In this document: piece after piece, positions 17,031 to 26,382 of the stretch
Layout: every line of letters begins with the position of its first letter
How positions within the stretch are numbered: position 1 is the stretch's first letter
Sequence record: SRR20825019_1458
Reading direction: 5' to 3' (one strand)
DNA: 27,654 nt
Program-made: the position numbers and the translations under genes
Notes under the pieces: generated by a model
What the model saw: the letters and a program-made list of their open reading frames with translations, nothing else
The model's database searches: none
Told to the model about the DNA's origin: nothing

Positions 17031-17089
17031 TGATGCATATTTGTCACATTTGTTCCAGATATATCACACGCTGATGCAAGATTGTGGCA
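17031..17089. promoter_or_regulatory. Three 18-bp related repeats upstream of ntrY
   Basis: TGATGCATATTTGTCACA (17031), TGTTCCAGATATATCACA (17051), TGATGCAAGATTGTGGCA (17072); period 20-21. Confidence 0.6.
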
Positions 17090-17093
17090 AAGT

Positions 17094-18548
17094 TTAGGTC
17101 GTGCGCGGGTTTACAGAGATATCCAGCTCGCGGATCTTCTTCCGCAGCGTGTTCCTGTTCAAACCCAGAAGTTCTGCGGCTTTTACCTGGTTTCCACCGG
17201 TAACATGGAGCACTTTCTGGATAAGTGGACGCTCTACCTCCCGCAAAATGCGCTGATAGAGCCCTGCAGGCGGCAAACCATCGTCGTGATAGTCAAAATA
17301 CTGGTCGAGATGGAGTCTGAGGGTTTGCGCAAGGTTTCCGCCACTCACATCCGCCATAATGCTTACGGGACCACCAGCAAGTTCAGAGGTTGAGCGGTCA
17401 AACTCCGTCTTGATAACGGTTCCACTGATTTCCTTACCCGGGTACAACGCACATATACGCTGCAACAGGTTCTCAAGCTCACGAACATTGCCCGGCCAGT
17501 CAAACGACTGGAGCGCTTTTTTTGCCCCGTCTGTCAGCTTTTTCTGCGGCAGGCCTTTATCTACCGCCTTACGAAGGAAATGCTCAGCCAGGTCTGGCAC
17601 GTCACCGGGGCGTTCCCTCAGCGCCGGCAGCGACAACGGCACCACATTCAGCCGGAAGAATAGATCTTCCCGAAAGTCTCCTGACCTGACCATTGCTTGA
17701 AGGCTGCGGTTGGTGGCTGCAATAATGCGAACGTCGGATTTGATGCTCTTCTGGCCGCCAACGGTACGATACTCGCCCTCCTGCAGCACACGCAACAGGC
17801 GCGTTTGCGCCTCCAATGGCATATCGCCGATCTCATCTAGGAATAGCGTGCCACCTTTTGCCTGGCCAAAACGGCCAAGCGTTCGGGTTTCCGCGCCTGT
17901 AAAGGCACCGCGTTCGTGGCCAAAAAGCTCGCTTTCGATGAGTTCGCGCGGTATTGCCGCCATATTCACCGGGACAAACGGGTTATTTACCCTTGGCCCG
18001 TGTGCATGAAGCGCGCGCGCCACTAGCTCTTTACCTGTGCCACTTTCGCCCGTCACCATGACGGTAAGGTCAGTTTTTACCACTCTGGCCATCGTGCGGT
18101 AAATTTCCTGCATCGCGGGTGAACGCCCAATAAGAAGGTTTTCATCGCGCTCCAGATCACCTGTGATTGTGGTTGCTTTTTCTTTAAGTGCCTTCTTAAC
18201 AATTGATGTTAACTCATCAATATCAAAAGGCTTTGGAAGATAATCAAATGCACCATTATTGGTCGCCGCCATGGCAGTCGACAGCGTATTCTGCGCGCTC
18301 ATAATGACAAAAGGCAGGTCTGGACGTTTCTCCAGAAGTGCAGGCAATGCGTCCAAGCCGCTACCGGAGGGCATCATAACATCAGAAATTACAACATCCC
18401 CCTGCCCGCGCTCAACGAGACGGCGCAACTCGGGCAGGTCCTCTGCCTCAATCACCATCCACCCTTCCTGACGCAGCGCTTCCCCAACAACAAGACGGAT
18501 AGCCGTGTCATCGTCCGCTACAATGATGGTTGGTTTAGTTCGCGCCAC
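17094..18548 (-). CDS. ntrC: Nitrogen regulation protein NR(I), NtrC
   Basis: REC (MSAQNT), [30 protein letters not shown] start overlapping the ntrB end. Confidence 0.97.
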   Translation of the reverse strand: MARTKPTIIVADDDTAIRLVVGEALRQEGWMVIEAEDLPELRRLVERGQGDVVISDVMMPSGSGLDALPALLEKRPDLPFVIMSAQNTLSTAMAATNNGAFDYLPKPFDIDELTSIVKKALKEKATTITGDLERDENLLIGRSPAMQEIYRTMARVVKTDLTVMVTGESGTGKELVARALHAHGPRVNNPFVPVNMAAIPRELIESELFGHERGAFTGAETRTLGRFGQAKGGTLFLDEIGDMPLEAQTRLLRVLQEGEYRTVGGQKSIKSDVRIIAATNRSLQAMVRSGDFREDLFFRLNVVPLSLPALRERPGDVPDLAEHFLRKAVDKGLPQKKLTDGAKKALQSFDWPGNVRELENLLQRICALYPGKEISGTVIKTEFDRSTSELAGGPVSIMADVSGGNLAQTLRLHLDQYFDYHDDGLPPAGLYQRILREVERPLIQKVLHVTGGNQVKAAELLGLNRNTLRKKIRELDISVNPRTT

Positions 18549-19635
18549 GGTTCATGTCCTCTTCTAACGCCAATTGTACTTTAAAGTGCGCCCCACCCTT
18601 AGGGTTATTGTCACAAGTAACGGTGCCTTCCATATCGCTCACATAGCGCGCGACAAGCGCCAGCCCAAGCCCGGTGCCGCCCTCCTTGCCACTTACAAAG
18701 GGATCAAACAGGTGCCCTCGCAGATGACTTGGAATGCCAGGCCCGTTATCCAGTACGTTTACCTCAATAGGAAGCCTGATACGTTCACCGCCGCGCCCGG
18801 TTAGCCAGATACCATGCCGGTATGATGTTGTGATCGTAATGTCGGCCTCTGGCCCAGCCGCCTCAACGGCGTTTTTCACCAAATTGAGAAACACCTGAAT
18901 TAGGCGGTCAAAATTCCCGTAAACAGGCGGCAAAGATGGGTCAAAGCGTGGCCTGAAACTACATTTGGCACCAAAGCCTGCCACAGCAACATCCAGCACA
19001 TGGTCGAGCACCTCGTGGATGTTCACAGCCTCATTGGTATGCGCATGTGGGGCGCTGAAGGTTTCAAGCTCATCCACGAGCCCCTTTATGCGGTCAACTT
19101 CCTTGACGATAAGCTCTGTCAACCGCGCGTGTTTTCCGTCTTGCGCGCGACCCATCAGCTGTGCCGCACCGCGAATGCCCGAAAGCGGGTTTTTGATTTC
19201 ATGGGCCAACATAGAGGCAAGACCACTCACAGAGCGGGCGGCCGCTTCCATCTCGGCGCGCTTTTCAAGGAACGCGGTAATGCGTCGCGGCTGCACTGAC
19301 AAGAGGATGTCCTCGCCGTCCCCATAGGGGTGCGCATGCATATCCATCAGTTCAATATCACCAATCGGCGGAACCACAGAAACATCATAGCTATTCAAGG
19401 GGGTATTTTCGTCGCGCGCCCGTGTGACCAAGCCATCTGCGGCATAACCGACACCGCGGAGGTGTGCAATCGGGCTCGCGCAAAGGCTCTCCCGGCTTCG
19501 CTCAAAGATGGTTTCAGCCTGAGCATATACGTTAACGATTTTATTGGAGCTGTCGATCAGGAAGATAGCTTGAGAAAGACTATGCAGAATATCCTGCACC
19601 CTAACACTTTCCGACGCTCCCCCCTCGTTTTGCAT
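18535..19635 (-). CDS. ntrB: Nitrogen regulation kinase NR(II), NtrB
   Basis: [21 protein letters not shown] and GTGLGL motifs; ATG 19635 overlaps the dusB TGA and is preferred over TTG 19656. Confidence 0.95.
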   Translation of the reverse strand: MQNEGGASESVRVQDILHSLSQAIFLIDSSNKIVNVYAQAETIFERSRESLCASPIAHLRGVGYAADGLVTRARDENTPLNSYDVSVVPPIGDIELMDMHAHPYGDGEDILLSVQPRRITAFLEKRAEMEAAARSVSGLASMLAHEIKNPLSGIRGAAQLMGRAQDGKHARLTELIVKEVDRIKGLVDELETFSAPHAHTNEAVNIHEVLDHVLDVAVAGFGAKCSFRPRFDPSLPPVYGNFDRLIQVFLNLVKNAVEAAGPEADITITTSYRHGIWLTGRGGERIRLPIEVNVLDNGPGIPSHLRGHLFDPFVSGKEGGTGLGLALVARYVSDMEGTVTCDNNPKGGAHFKVQLALEEDMNRGAN

Positions 19636-20624
19636 CAAGCCGCCATTTGCTCGCAAAGCGGAAGGTAGAATTCTCGAAGCGCTTTCTTGACCTCCGCAGG
19701 ATCATCCATGCGGTTGATCTCATTCCTGAAGTCAGCAGAGCTATGCAAACCCTTTGTATACCAGCCAAGGTGCTTTCGCGCGATCCGAACTCCACCTTCA
19801 ACACCGTAGTGATGCAGCATGTCATCATAGTGCTCGAGCACAGTTTCCATTTGCTCGTCAAGGTCAGGAGCATCTATACGCTCACCGCTGCGCAGATATT
19901 CCATCACCTGTCCAATAAGCCAGGGTTTGCCGTAACAGCCGCGGCCGATCATCACACCGTCCGCCCCTGAATCCTCAAGCGCTTGTGTAACGTCATCAAA
20001 TTCATTGATGTCACCGTTCACGATGACGGGGAGGTCAACTGCCTGTTTGACGATGCCAACCTTTTTCCAGTTCGCGTGGCCACGGTACATCTGGCATCGG
20101 GTACGGCCATGCACGGCAATCATTTTAATGCCAGCTTGCTCTGCGATTTTTGCAAGTTCAGGCGCATTGAAGCTGCTGTCGTCCCAACCTAGGCGCATCT
20201 TGAGTGTTACCGGCAATGAAACAGCGTTTACTGTGGCATGGATAAGCTCACCGGCATGATCAAGGTCTCGCATCAGCGCGGAGCCAGCGTGACCATTAAC
20301 GACCTTCTTCACCGGGCAGCCCATGTTAATATCAATAATGGCGGCACCCCGATCTTCATTGAGCTTCGCTGCCTCTGCCATTTTGCTGGCCTCACAGCCT
20401 GCAAGCTGCACAGACATTGGAAATTCTTCTGCGCAATTGGTAGACATTTTCTGGCTACGCTCGGTTGCGCGGATCATCGCTTCAGATGCAATCATTTCAG
20501 ACACGACAAGCCCTGCACCGTACCGTTTTACCAGGCGACGAAAGGGCATATCTGTCACGCCAGACATGGGCGCGAGAATAACTGGGTCTTTGATTTCAAC
20601 CGGACCAATGCTAAGAGCCATCAT
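19635..20624 (-). CDS. dusB: tRNA-dihydrouridine synthase DusB (NifR3-type)
   Basis: LAPMSGVTD, DINMGCPVKKV, HGRTR and GVMIGRG motifs; precedes ntrBC. Confidence 0.96.
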   Translation of the reverse strand: MMALSIGPVEIKDPVILAPMSGVTDMPFRRLVKRYGAGLVVSEMIASEAMIRATERSQKMSTNCAEEFPMSVQLAGCEASKMAEAAKLNEDRGAAIIDINMGCPVKKVVNGHAGSALMRDLDHAGELIHATVNAVSLPVTLKMRLGWDDSSFNAPELAKIAEQAGIKMIAVHGRTRCQMYRGHANWKKVGIVKQAVDLPVIVNGDINEFDDVTQALEDSGADGVMIGRGCYGKPWLIGQVMEYLRSGERIDAPDLDEQMETVLEHYDDMLHHYGVEGGVRIARKHLGWYTKGLHSSADFRNEINRMDDPAEVKKALREFYLPLCEQMAA

Positions 20625-20645
20625 TAACTACCTACAACACTTCAC

Positions 20646-20662
20646 TGCCTAAATATTGGGCA
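20646..20662. promoter_or_regulatory. NtrC/Fis-type binding site between dusB and ispDF
   Basis: TGCCTAAATATTGGGCA, a 17-bp TGC-N11-GCA dyad with an AT-rich core. Confidence 0.65.
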
Positions 20663-20668
20663 CTGCTT

Positions 20669-21880
20669 ATGCCAGAAGTTATGACAAAAAGCCAGCCTCA
20701 GATTTCACAACCGAGCTACGCACCAATTGCAGTGCTCATTGTAGCTGCCGGACGCGGCAGCAGAGCCGGTGAAGGCGCACCCAAACAGTACCGGCGGGTG
20801 GCAGGGAAAACGATTCTGTCGCATACGCTTAACGCAATAAAAGATGCGCTGCCTGAAGCGGTGATACAGGTGGTGATCCACCCCGACGACACCGATTTAT
20901 ACAATGACGCTGTGCAAAATCACCCCATACAGCCAGCCGTTTTTGGTGGGTCCAGCCGGCAGGAGAGTGTATTTAACGGCATTTCGGCGCTCAAGCATCT
21001 TGAGCCTGAGTTCATACTGGTCCATGACGCGGCGCGGCCGTTTGTGGACACAGGCACCATCCATCGGCTTATTGGAGCGTTGAAGGCTGGTGCGCAGGCT
21101 GTGCTTCCCGCAACCAAGGTCACGGACACCCTGAAATCCGTGACAGAAGGCACAATTACCCACACTGTGGACCGTGAAAGGCTTTATGCGGTGCAAACTC
21201 CGCAAGCCTTTTCGTTCGAGAATCTGCTTGAAGCCCACAGTGCTGCCATAGGCAAGGAGTTGACTGATGACGGGGCCGTTATGGAGGCATCTGGCTTTTC
21301 AGTACAGGTTGTTGAAGGAAATGCTGAAAACTTCAAAATCACCACAGCAGCGGATTTTGTCAAAGCGGAGCAAATTCTCATGATGCAACTGGCGGATGTC
21401 AGAGTTGGTTCCGGTTACGATGTTCACCGATTTGAAGATGGTGACCATGTCTGGCTTTGCGGAGTAAGAATTCCTTTCACTAAAAGCCTCAAGGGGCACT
21501 CCGACGCTGATGTTGGCCTTCATGCTCTTACTGATGCCTTACTCGCTTCCATTGCAGATGGTGACATCGGGCAACACTTCCCTCCGTCTGATGCTAAGTG
21601 GCGGGGTGCGCCCAGTGATCAGTTCCTGACATTCGCGCGCGATCGGGTCCGCGCAAAAGGCGGTGTTGTTGCGCATGTAAGTGTTTGTATCATCTGTGAG
21701 AAACCAAAAGTCGGACCACATAATCCGGCGATGCGAAGCCGCGTGGCTGAGCTTTTGCTGATAGATGTCGACCGAGTGAGTATCCAAGCCACAACGACAG
21801 AGAAACTTGGCTTTACCGGTCGCGAAGAAGGCATTGCCGCGCAAGCTACGGCGACCATACGCCTACCGCTGAAAGGTTAG
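20669..21880 (+). CDS. ispDF: Bifunctional IspD/IspF
   Basis: AAGRGSR, PKQY, HDAARP, VQTPQAF (IspD); GYDVH, GHSDADV, TTTEKLGFTGREEG (IspF). True start may be ATG 20681. Confidence 0.97.
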   Translation: MPEVMTKSQPQISQPSYAPIAVLIVAAGRGSRAGEGAPKQYRRVAGKTILSHTLNAIKDALPEAVIQVVIHPDDTDLYNDAVQNHPIQPAVFGGSSRQESVFNGISALKHLEPEFILVHDAARPFVDTGTIHRLIGALKAGAQAVLPATKVTDTLKSVTEGTITHTVDRERLYAVQTPQAFSFENLLEAHSAAIGKELTDDGAVMEASGFSVQVVEGNAENFKITTAADFVKAEQILMMQLADVRVGSGYDVHRFEDGDHVWLCGVRIPFTKSLKGHSDADVGLHALTDALLASIADGDIGQHFPPSDAKWRGAPSDQFLTFARDRVRAKGGVVAHVSVCIICEKPKVGPHNPAMRSRVAELLLIDVDRVSIQATTTEKLGFTGREEGIAAQATATIRLPLKG

Positions 21881-21884
21881 ACAA

Positions 21885-22403
21885 ATGGCGAAGGTATCGC
21901 TACGAACCTGGGATGAGCGCACACAATCACCACTGTTCTGGCTCGTTACGGGCCTGGGTGTTGGCATGGCAAAGCCTGCGCCTGGCACCTGGGGCTCGCT
22001 ACTGGGTTTGGCTCTTGGCTATGGGCTAATAATGCTTAATGTTGGTGTCATCGAGCTCATCCTCCTAACAGCGGTGCTCACCGTGATATCAAGCATAGCG
22101 ATAGACAGGATCGAGAACACAATCGGCATTCATGATGCACCCGAAATTATCATTGATGAAATCGCGGGTCAGTGGCTCGCCCTCGTCCCTCTCTTGTGGC
22201 TTGAACCGTCTCTTGTTCTATACGGCTTGGCATTTGTCCTCTTTCGCTTCTTTGACATTATCAAGCCTTGGCCGATCGGCTGGCTCGATAAGGAGGTCGC
22301 CGGCGGCTTTGGTGTCATGGTCGACGACCTTGTTGCTGGCATTTTGTCTGCCATTAGTATAATTATGCTGACATATCTCGGATTGTTAGATGGTTTATAT
22401 TAA
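21885..22403 (+). CDS. pgpA: Phosphatidylglycerophosphatase A
   Basis: APGTWGS, HDAPEIIIDE, FRFFDIIKPWPI and GVMVDD motifs. Confidence 0.95.
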   Translation: MAKVSLRTWDERTQSPLFWLVTGLGVGMAKPAPGTWGSLLGLALGYGLIMLNVGVIELILLTAVLTVISSIAIDRIENTIGIHDAPEIIIDEIAGQWLALVPLLWLEPSLVLYGLAFVLFRFFDIIKPWPIGWLDKEVAGGFGVMVDDLVAGILSAISIIMLTYLGLLDGLY

Positions 22404-23410
22404 TGTTTTCCAGTATCAAAGAACGCGCTGCCGGTATATTCCCTGGTTTTATAATTTCACTTACAGTCGGATTGGCGGCCAGCTTTCTGGGTGAACACTA
22501 CGGCGCCCCCGCCATGTTGTTTGCCCTTCTGTTGGGCATGGCCCTTCACTTTCTTCATGAAGATCCCAAATGTCAGCCCGGAATAGCTTTCACAGGCACA
22601 ACCATTCTACGCATTGGGGTCGCACTTCTTGGCCTGCGCATTGCCCTCTCTGACGTCATGGCCCTTGGTTGGGAAACCTTCGCCCTTATGACTGCGGGTG
22701 TTGCCCTTACCATTCTATTTGGTTTGATCATTGCGCGGCTGTTTGGCTTAAAACATCGTTTTGGTGCGCTCACAGGTGGCGCCGTCGCAATTTGTGGGGC
22801 ATCGGCCGCGCTGGCAATCTCTGCCATTATGCCCAAAAACGCCTCTCAGGAACGAGACACAGTCTTTGCCGTTGTGGGTGTAACTGCACTCTCAACCCTC
22901 GCGATGATTATCTATCCTATGATCGGTACAGTGTTAGGCCTGAGCGAAACGCAGGCCGGTGTCTTCATCGGCGCAACAATCCACGACGTCGCACAGGTAG
23001 TCGGTGCCGGGTATTCCATCTCTACCGAAGCCGGAGACCTCGCCACACTCACCAAACTCATGCGCGTCGCTCTCTTGCTACCTGTGGTGCTTATTTTTGT
23101 CATGGTTTTTCGTGCAACCTGTGGGGCCGAAATGGGAACGGGCAAAAAGCCACCTCTGTTGCCGGGTTTCCTGGTCGCTTTTGTTTTGTTAGTTGCCCTA
23201 AACAGCTTTGTCAGCATTCCGGTGGAACTTAAGGCGAGCTTGACCACTGTCTCAAGAACATGTCTCATTACCGCAATTGCAGCCATCGGCCTGAAAAGCA
23301 ACCTCAAGAGCATTGCAACGCTGGGGTGGCGGCCGATACTGCTGATGGTAGCTGAAACAGTATGGCTCGCGGCACTAGTACTGCTATGCCTGCCTTACGT
23401 GGTGAACTGA
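22403..23410 (+). CDS. YeiH/UPF0324 putative sulfate exporter family membrane protein
   Basis: LRIGVALLG, ICGASAALA, GATIHDVAQV and TKLMRV motifs; about 10 TM helices. Confidence 0.9.
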   Translation: MFSSIKERAAGIFPGFIISLTVGLAASFLGEHYGAPAMLFALLLGMALHFLHEDPKCQPGIAFTGTTILRIGVALLGLRIALSDVMALGWETFALMTAGVALTILFGLIIARLFGLKHRFGALTGGAVAICGASAALAISAIMPKNASQERDTVFAVVGVTALSTLAMIIYPMIGTVLGLSETQAGVFIGATIHDVAQVVGAGYSISTEAGDLATLTKLMRVALLLPVVLIFVMVFRATCGAEMGTGKKPPLLPGFLVAFVLLVALNSFVSIPVELKASLTTVSRTCLITAIAAIGLKSNLKSIATLGWRPILLMVAETVWLAALVLLCLPYVVN

Positions 23411-23904
23411 TGACCAACAACACCCTACTCTCCCTTGCCGATGCTGTCTTAGGCGAAGCGCGTGCTCAAGGCCTTATGGTCGTAACAGCAGAAAGCTGCA
23501 CCGGTGGACTGGTTGCCGCAACCCTCACGGACATCGCAGGATCATCTGATGTGTTCGAGCGAGGGTTCATCACCTATTCCAATGAGGCCAAACATCAGAT
23601 GCTTGATGTCAGCGCCGAAAGTTTAACCCGTTTTGGCGCTGTATCGGAGGCTGTCGCCAAGGAAATGGCCTATGGTGCGCTTGCGAACTCTCGCGGCGAC
23701 ATTGCCGTATCCATCACGGGGGTGGCTGGGCCCGGTGGCGGTAGTGCCGCCAAGCCCGTTGGTTTGGTCTGGATCGGCATTGCGATGCAGGGAGAAACAC
23801 CAACAGCCACCGAGTGCCGTTTCGGTCCTTTGAGACGCGCCGAAATTCGGCGTCTCACCACTGAGACGGCTCTTAAACTCATTTTGGAGAAGCTGAGACC
23901 TTAG
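23410..23904 (+). CDS. cinA: CinA C-terminal domain protein (NMN deamidase PncC-type)
   Basis: TAESCTGG, GSS, TYSNEAK, GAVS and ITGVAGPGGG motifs; ATG 23410 overlaps the upstream TGA and is preferred over 23362. Confidence 0.92.
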   Translation: MTNNTLLSLADAVLGEARAQGLMVVTAESCTGGLVAATLTDIAGSSDVFERGFITYSNEAKHQMLDVSAESLTRFGAVSEAVAKEMAYGALANSRGDIAVSITGVAGPGGGSAAKPVGLVWIGIAMQGETPTATECRFGPLRRAEIRRLTTETALKLILEKLRP

Positions 23905-24350
23905 GCTCTGTTTGCTGGTGGTCCATATATATCATTGGCCCGTGTCTCAAAAGCATGGACCATTTTTTTACACGCCTCACCAAACAAACCTCCAATCATC
24001 TGGTTTAACATCCGGTTTGAGAATTCGAATTCTACCTCAAAATCTATGAGGCAGGCATTTGACCCCTCGGGCGTAAATCGCCAGTGATTATAGAGCCGTT
24101 TCATAGGCCCCCGAATATAATCGACATCTACCTGGCTATTAGGCTCCAGCCTCACCCTTGAAGTGAAGCGTTCACTGAACATCTTGAAGCCTATAATAAC
24201 ATCAGCATCAAACCGGTTTTCCTGACGATTGTAGACCCGGGCACCCGTACACCAAGGCAGGAATTCAGGGTAGCGCTTAACGTCAGAAACCAGCTTAAAT
24301 AATTGTTCCTGAGTATAGGGTAGAACTTTTTTTTCGCTGAAATGCGGCAC
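23901..24350 (-). CDS. ratA: RatA/PasT (Coq10-like START domain) protein
   Basis: LVSDVKRYPEFLPWC, ERFTSRV, GPMKRLYNHWRF and MVHAFETRA motifs; GTG start. Confidence 0.9.
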   Translation of the reverse strand: MPHFSEKKVLPYTQEQLFKLVSDVKRYPEFLPWCTGARVYNRQENRFDADVIIGFKMFSERFTSRVRLEPNSQVDVDYIRGPMKRLYNHWRFTPEGSNACLIDFEVEFEFSNRMLNQMIGGLFGEACKKMVHAFETRANDIYGPPANRA

Positions 24351-24410
24351 GGATGTTCCTTAGTTTTGCGATTTTATAGCTTCCGCGCCACCACGCTGCA
24401 AGACAATTAC

Positions 24411-25175
24411 CTAGCCCAAAAATCCAAGCATAAACGCTGCAGACACTAGGCCAAAGATCAGCCCCACATAGCTAGTAAACGCGGCGCTAATAAGCAGCGA
24501 CGACACCCAGATACCACGATCATAAAACCTCATGGCGCCGTATATATAGATAAAATTTGTAATAATCAGCGAGGGTACAAGGCCAAGAAAATAGATGTAG
24601 CTGTTAAATAGAGTGCCTAGCACTCCCAAAAGGGCGCCATGGCCTAAGACAAAACATACAAAGCTGAAGTGTGACGCATAACTATAACCGGAACGTCTGG
24701 TCAGCAACTTAAGCACCAATGCATATATCGGCACCGCAAGAAGAGACATAAGATTCAGGTATTTGAGTATGAAACTATTGAGATCCCGGACGAAAGGGTC
24801 CTCAGCTGCTTCAATAGCTGTCTCGAAAACCACACGCTCGCTGATGGCGTCAAACTCGCCGGTGTAGATGGTTGCGGCAATCGATATTGCCACGGTCGCA
24901 AAGCAGTAACGCAGCGGATTAACATACCGCGCGCGCATACCATTCGCGTAGTTTTTTGCAACCGCTCCCGGGTTCTTCGTAAGCTCGACAAGCGTGCGCC
25001 ACAGTTTGCTATCAATTCTGACTATAGAATCGACCGCTTCTGATGCAAGCTCGCTCGCATCGAGGTCACCACCACGATCCCGTTGACCACAATTGCTGCA
25101 GAATTTCCCCGTAAGAGCAGCATCGCAGTTCCGGCAGTTAGCCCTCTCATTGGTAACTTCAACCGCTTGCTGCAT
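24411..25175 (-). CDS. DUF3667-type membrane protein with N-terminal zinc ribbon
   Basis: CRNC...FCSNCGQ, DSKLWRTL...PG...Y..G.R.RYVNPLR, then several TM helices. Confidence 0.82.
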   Translation of the reverse strand: MQQAVEVTNERANCRNCDAALTGKFCSNCGQRDRGGDLDASELASEAVDSIVRIDSKLWRTLVELTKNPGAVAKNYANGMRARYVNPLRYCFATVAISIAATIYTGEFDAISERVVFETAIEAAEDPFVRDLNSFILKYLNLMSLLAVPIYALVLKLLTRRSGYSYASHFSFVCFVLGHGALLGVLGTLFNSYIYFLGLVPSLIITNFIYIYGAMRFYDRGIWVSSLLISAAFTSYVGLIFGLVSAAFMLGFLG

Positions 25176-25204
25176 ATGCTTTCCTGAGGGGATAATTTTA
25201 CCCG

Positions 25205-26119
25205 TTATTCAGCGGCCTTGAGGCGCACTTCTCTCGCCGCGCGCAAGCGGGCAAAGTCGTCACCCGCATGATAGCTTGAGCGGGTAAGTGGTGTCGCTGA
25301 TATGAGAAGGAACCCCTTCCCTTTAGCCATACGTTCATAGGACTTAAATTCGTCCGGCGTTACATAGCGCTCTAACTTCGCGTGCCTGGGCGTCGGCTGG
25401 AGGTACTGGCCAATCGTCATGAAATCAATGTCAGCCATGCGCATGTCATCCATTACCTGGCTAACTTCCATGCGTTCTTCGCCAAGGCCCACCATGATGC
25501 CAGACTTGGTGAAGATTGAAGGATCGACCTTTTTCACGGTCTCGAGCAGCCTCAAGCTATGATAATAGCGCGCGCCTGGACGAATTTTGGGATAGTTCCG
25601 CGGTACGGTCTCAAGATTGTGGTTGAACACGTCCGGGCGTGCTTCAGCCACCATCTCTATGGCGCCCGGCTTGTTGCGGAAATCCGGTGTCAGAATCTCA
25701 ATTGTCGTTTTTGGACTGCGCTTCCGAAGTTCTTCAATCACCTTAACAAACTGGCGCGCACCACCATCATCAAGGTCATCCCGGTCAACAGACGTAATTA
25801 CGATGTGGTTGAGCCCCATCTCGGCACAAGCAATGGCCGTGTTCATAGGCTCGAGCGGATCAACCGTCATCGGCCGTCCGGTTTTGACGTTACAAAAAGC
25901 ACATGCTCGGGTACAGGTATCGCCAAGTATCATGATCGTGGCGTGCTTCTGTTTCCAACATTCCCCAATGTTGGGACAAGCCGCTTCCTCACAAACCGTA
26001 TGGAGCTTCAGGTCGCGCATCATCTTGCGCGTCTCCGCATACTCTTTACTGACGGGTGCCTTGACCCTGATCCAGCTAGGTTTGCGCTGATACTCTTGTG
26101 GTTTGTCTTCAGTGCTCAT
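25205..26119 (-). CDS. lipA: Lipoyl synthase
   Basis: [20 protein letters not shown] and RSSYHA motifs. Confidence 0.98.
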
Positions 26120-26382
26120 GACTTTTTATCCAACTCATAGGCGGCGCGAAGCCACCTTCTTACTTGGTCAACAATGCCAGCCGAAGCTGATACTGCAATT
26201 ACTTGGATGCCTCAGTTACCACTTGGGGCATTGCCCGTGTGTCTCTACCTCAGTCGTTGACAGAGGTAGGTCCATCTCAAACCTCACCACCCGTTTTCTG
26301 CAGCTTTTACCTGAGCATATGCAAGATGTCCACAAATCGACATCAAGGAAATTACCTTCGTAGCTTCGCCCTGAAATAGCTC

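Noticed and set aside
8591-20624. dusB-ntrBC-ntrYX-trkAH-hfq-hflX cluster as a novel system
   Set aside because: Well-known alphaproteobacterial synteny; NtrX lacking GAFTGA is also established.
23901-24350. ratA as an orphan toxin of a TA system
   Set aside because: The family is the Coq10 homolog involved in ubiquinone function; lack of an adjacent ratB is common.
26103-26363. 86-aa plus-strand ORF in the lpdA-lipA spacer
   Set aside because: No SD or motif, overlaps the lipA start, and the structural signal favours the minus strand.
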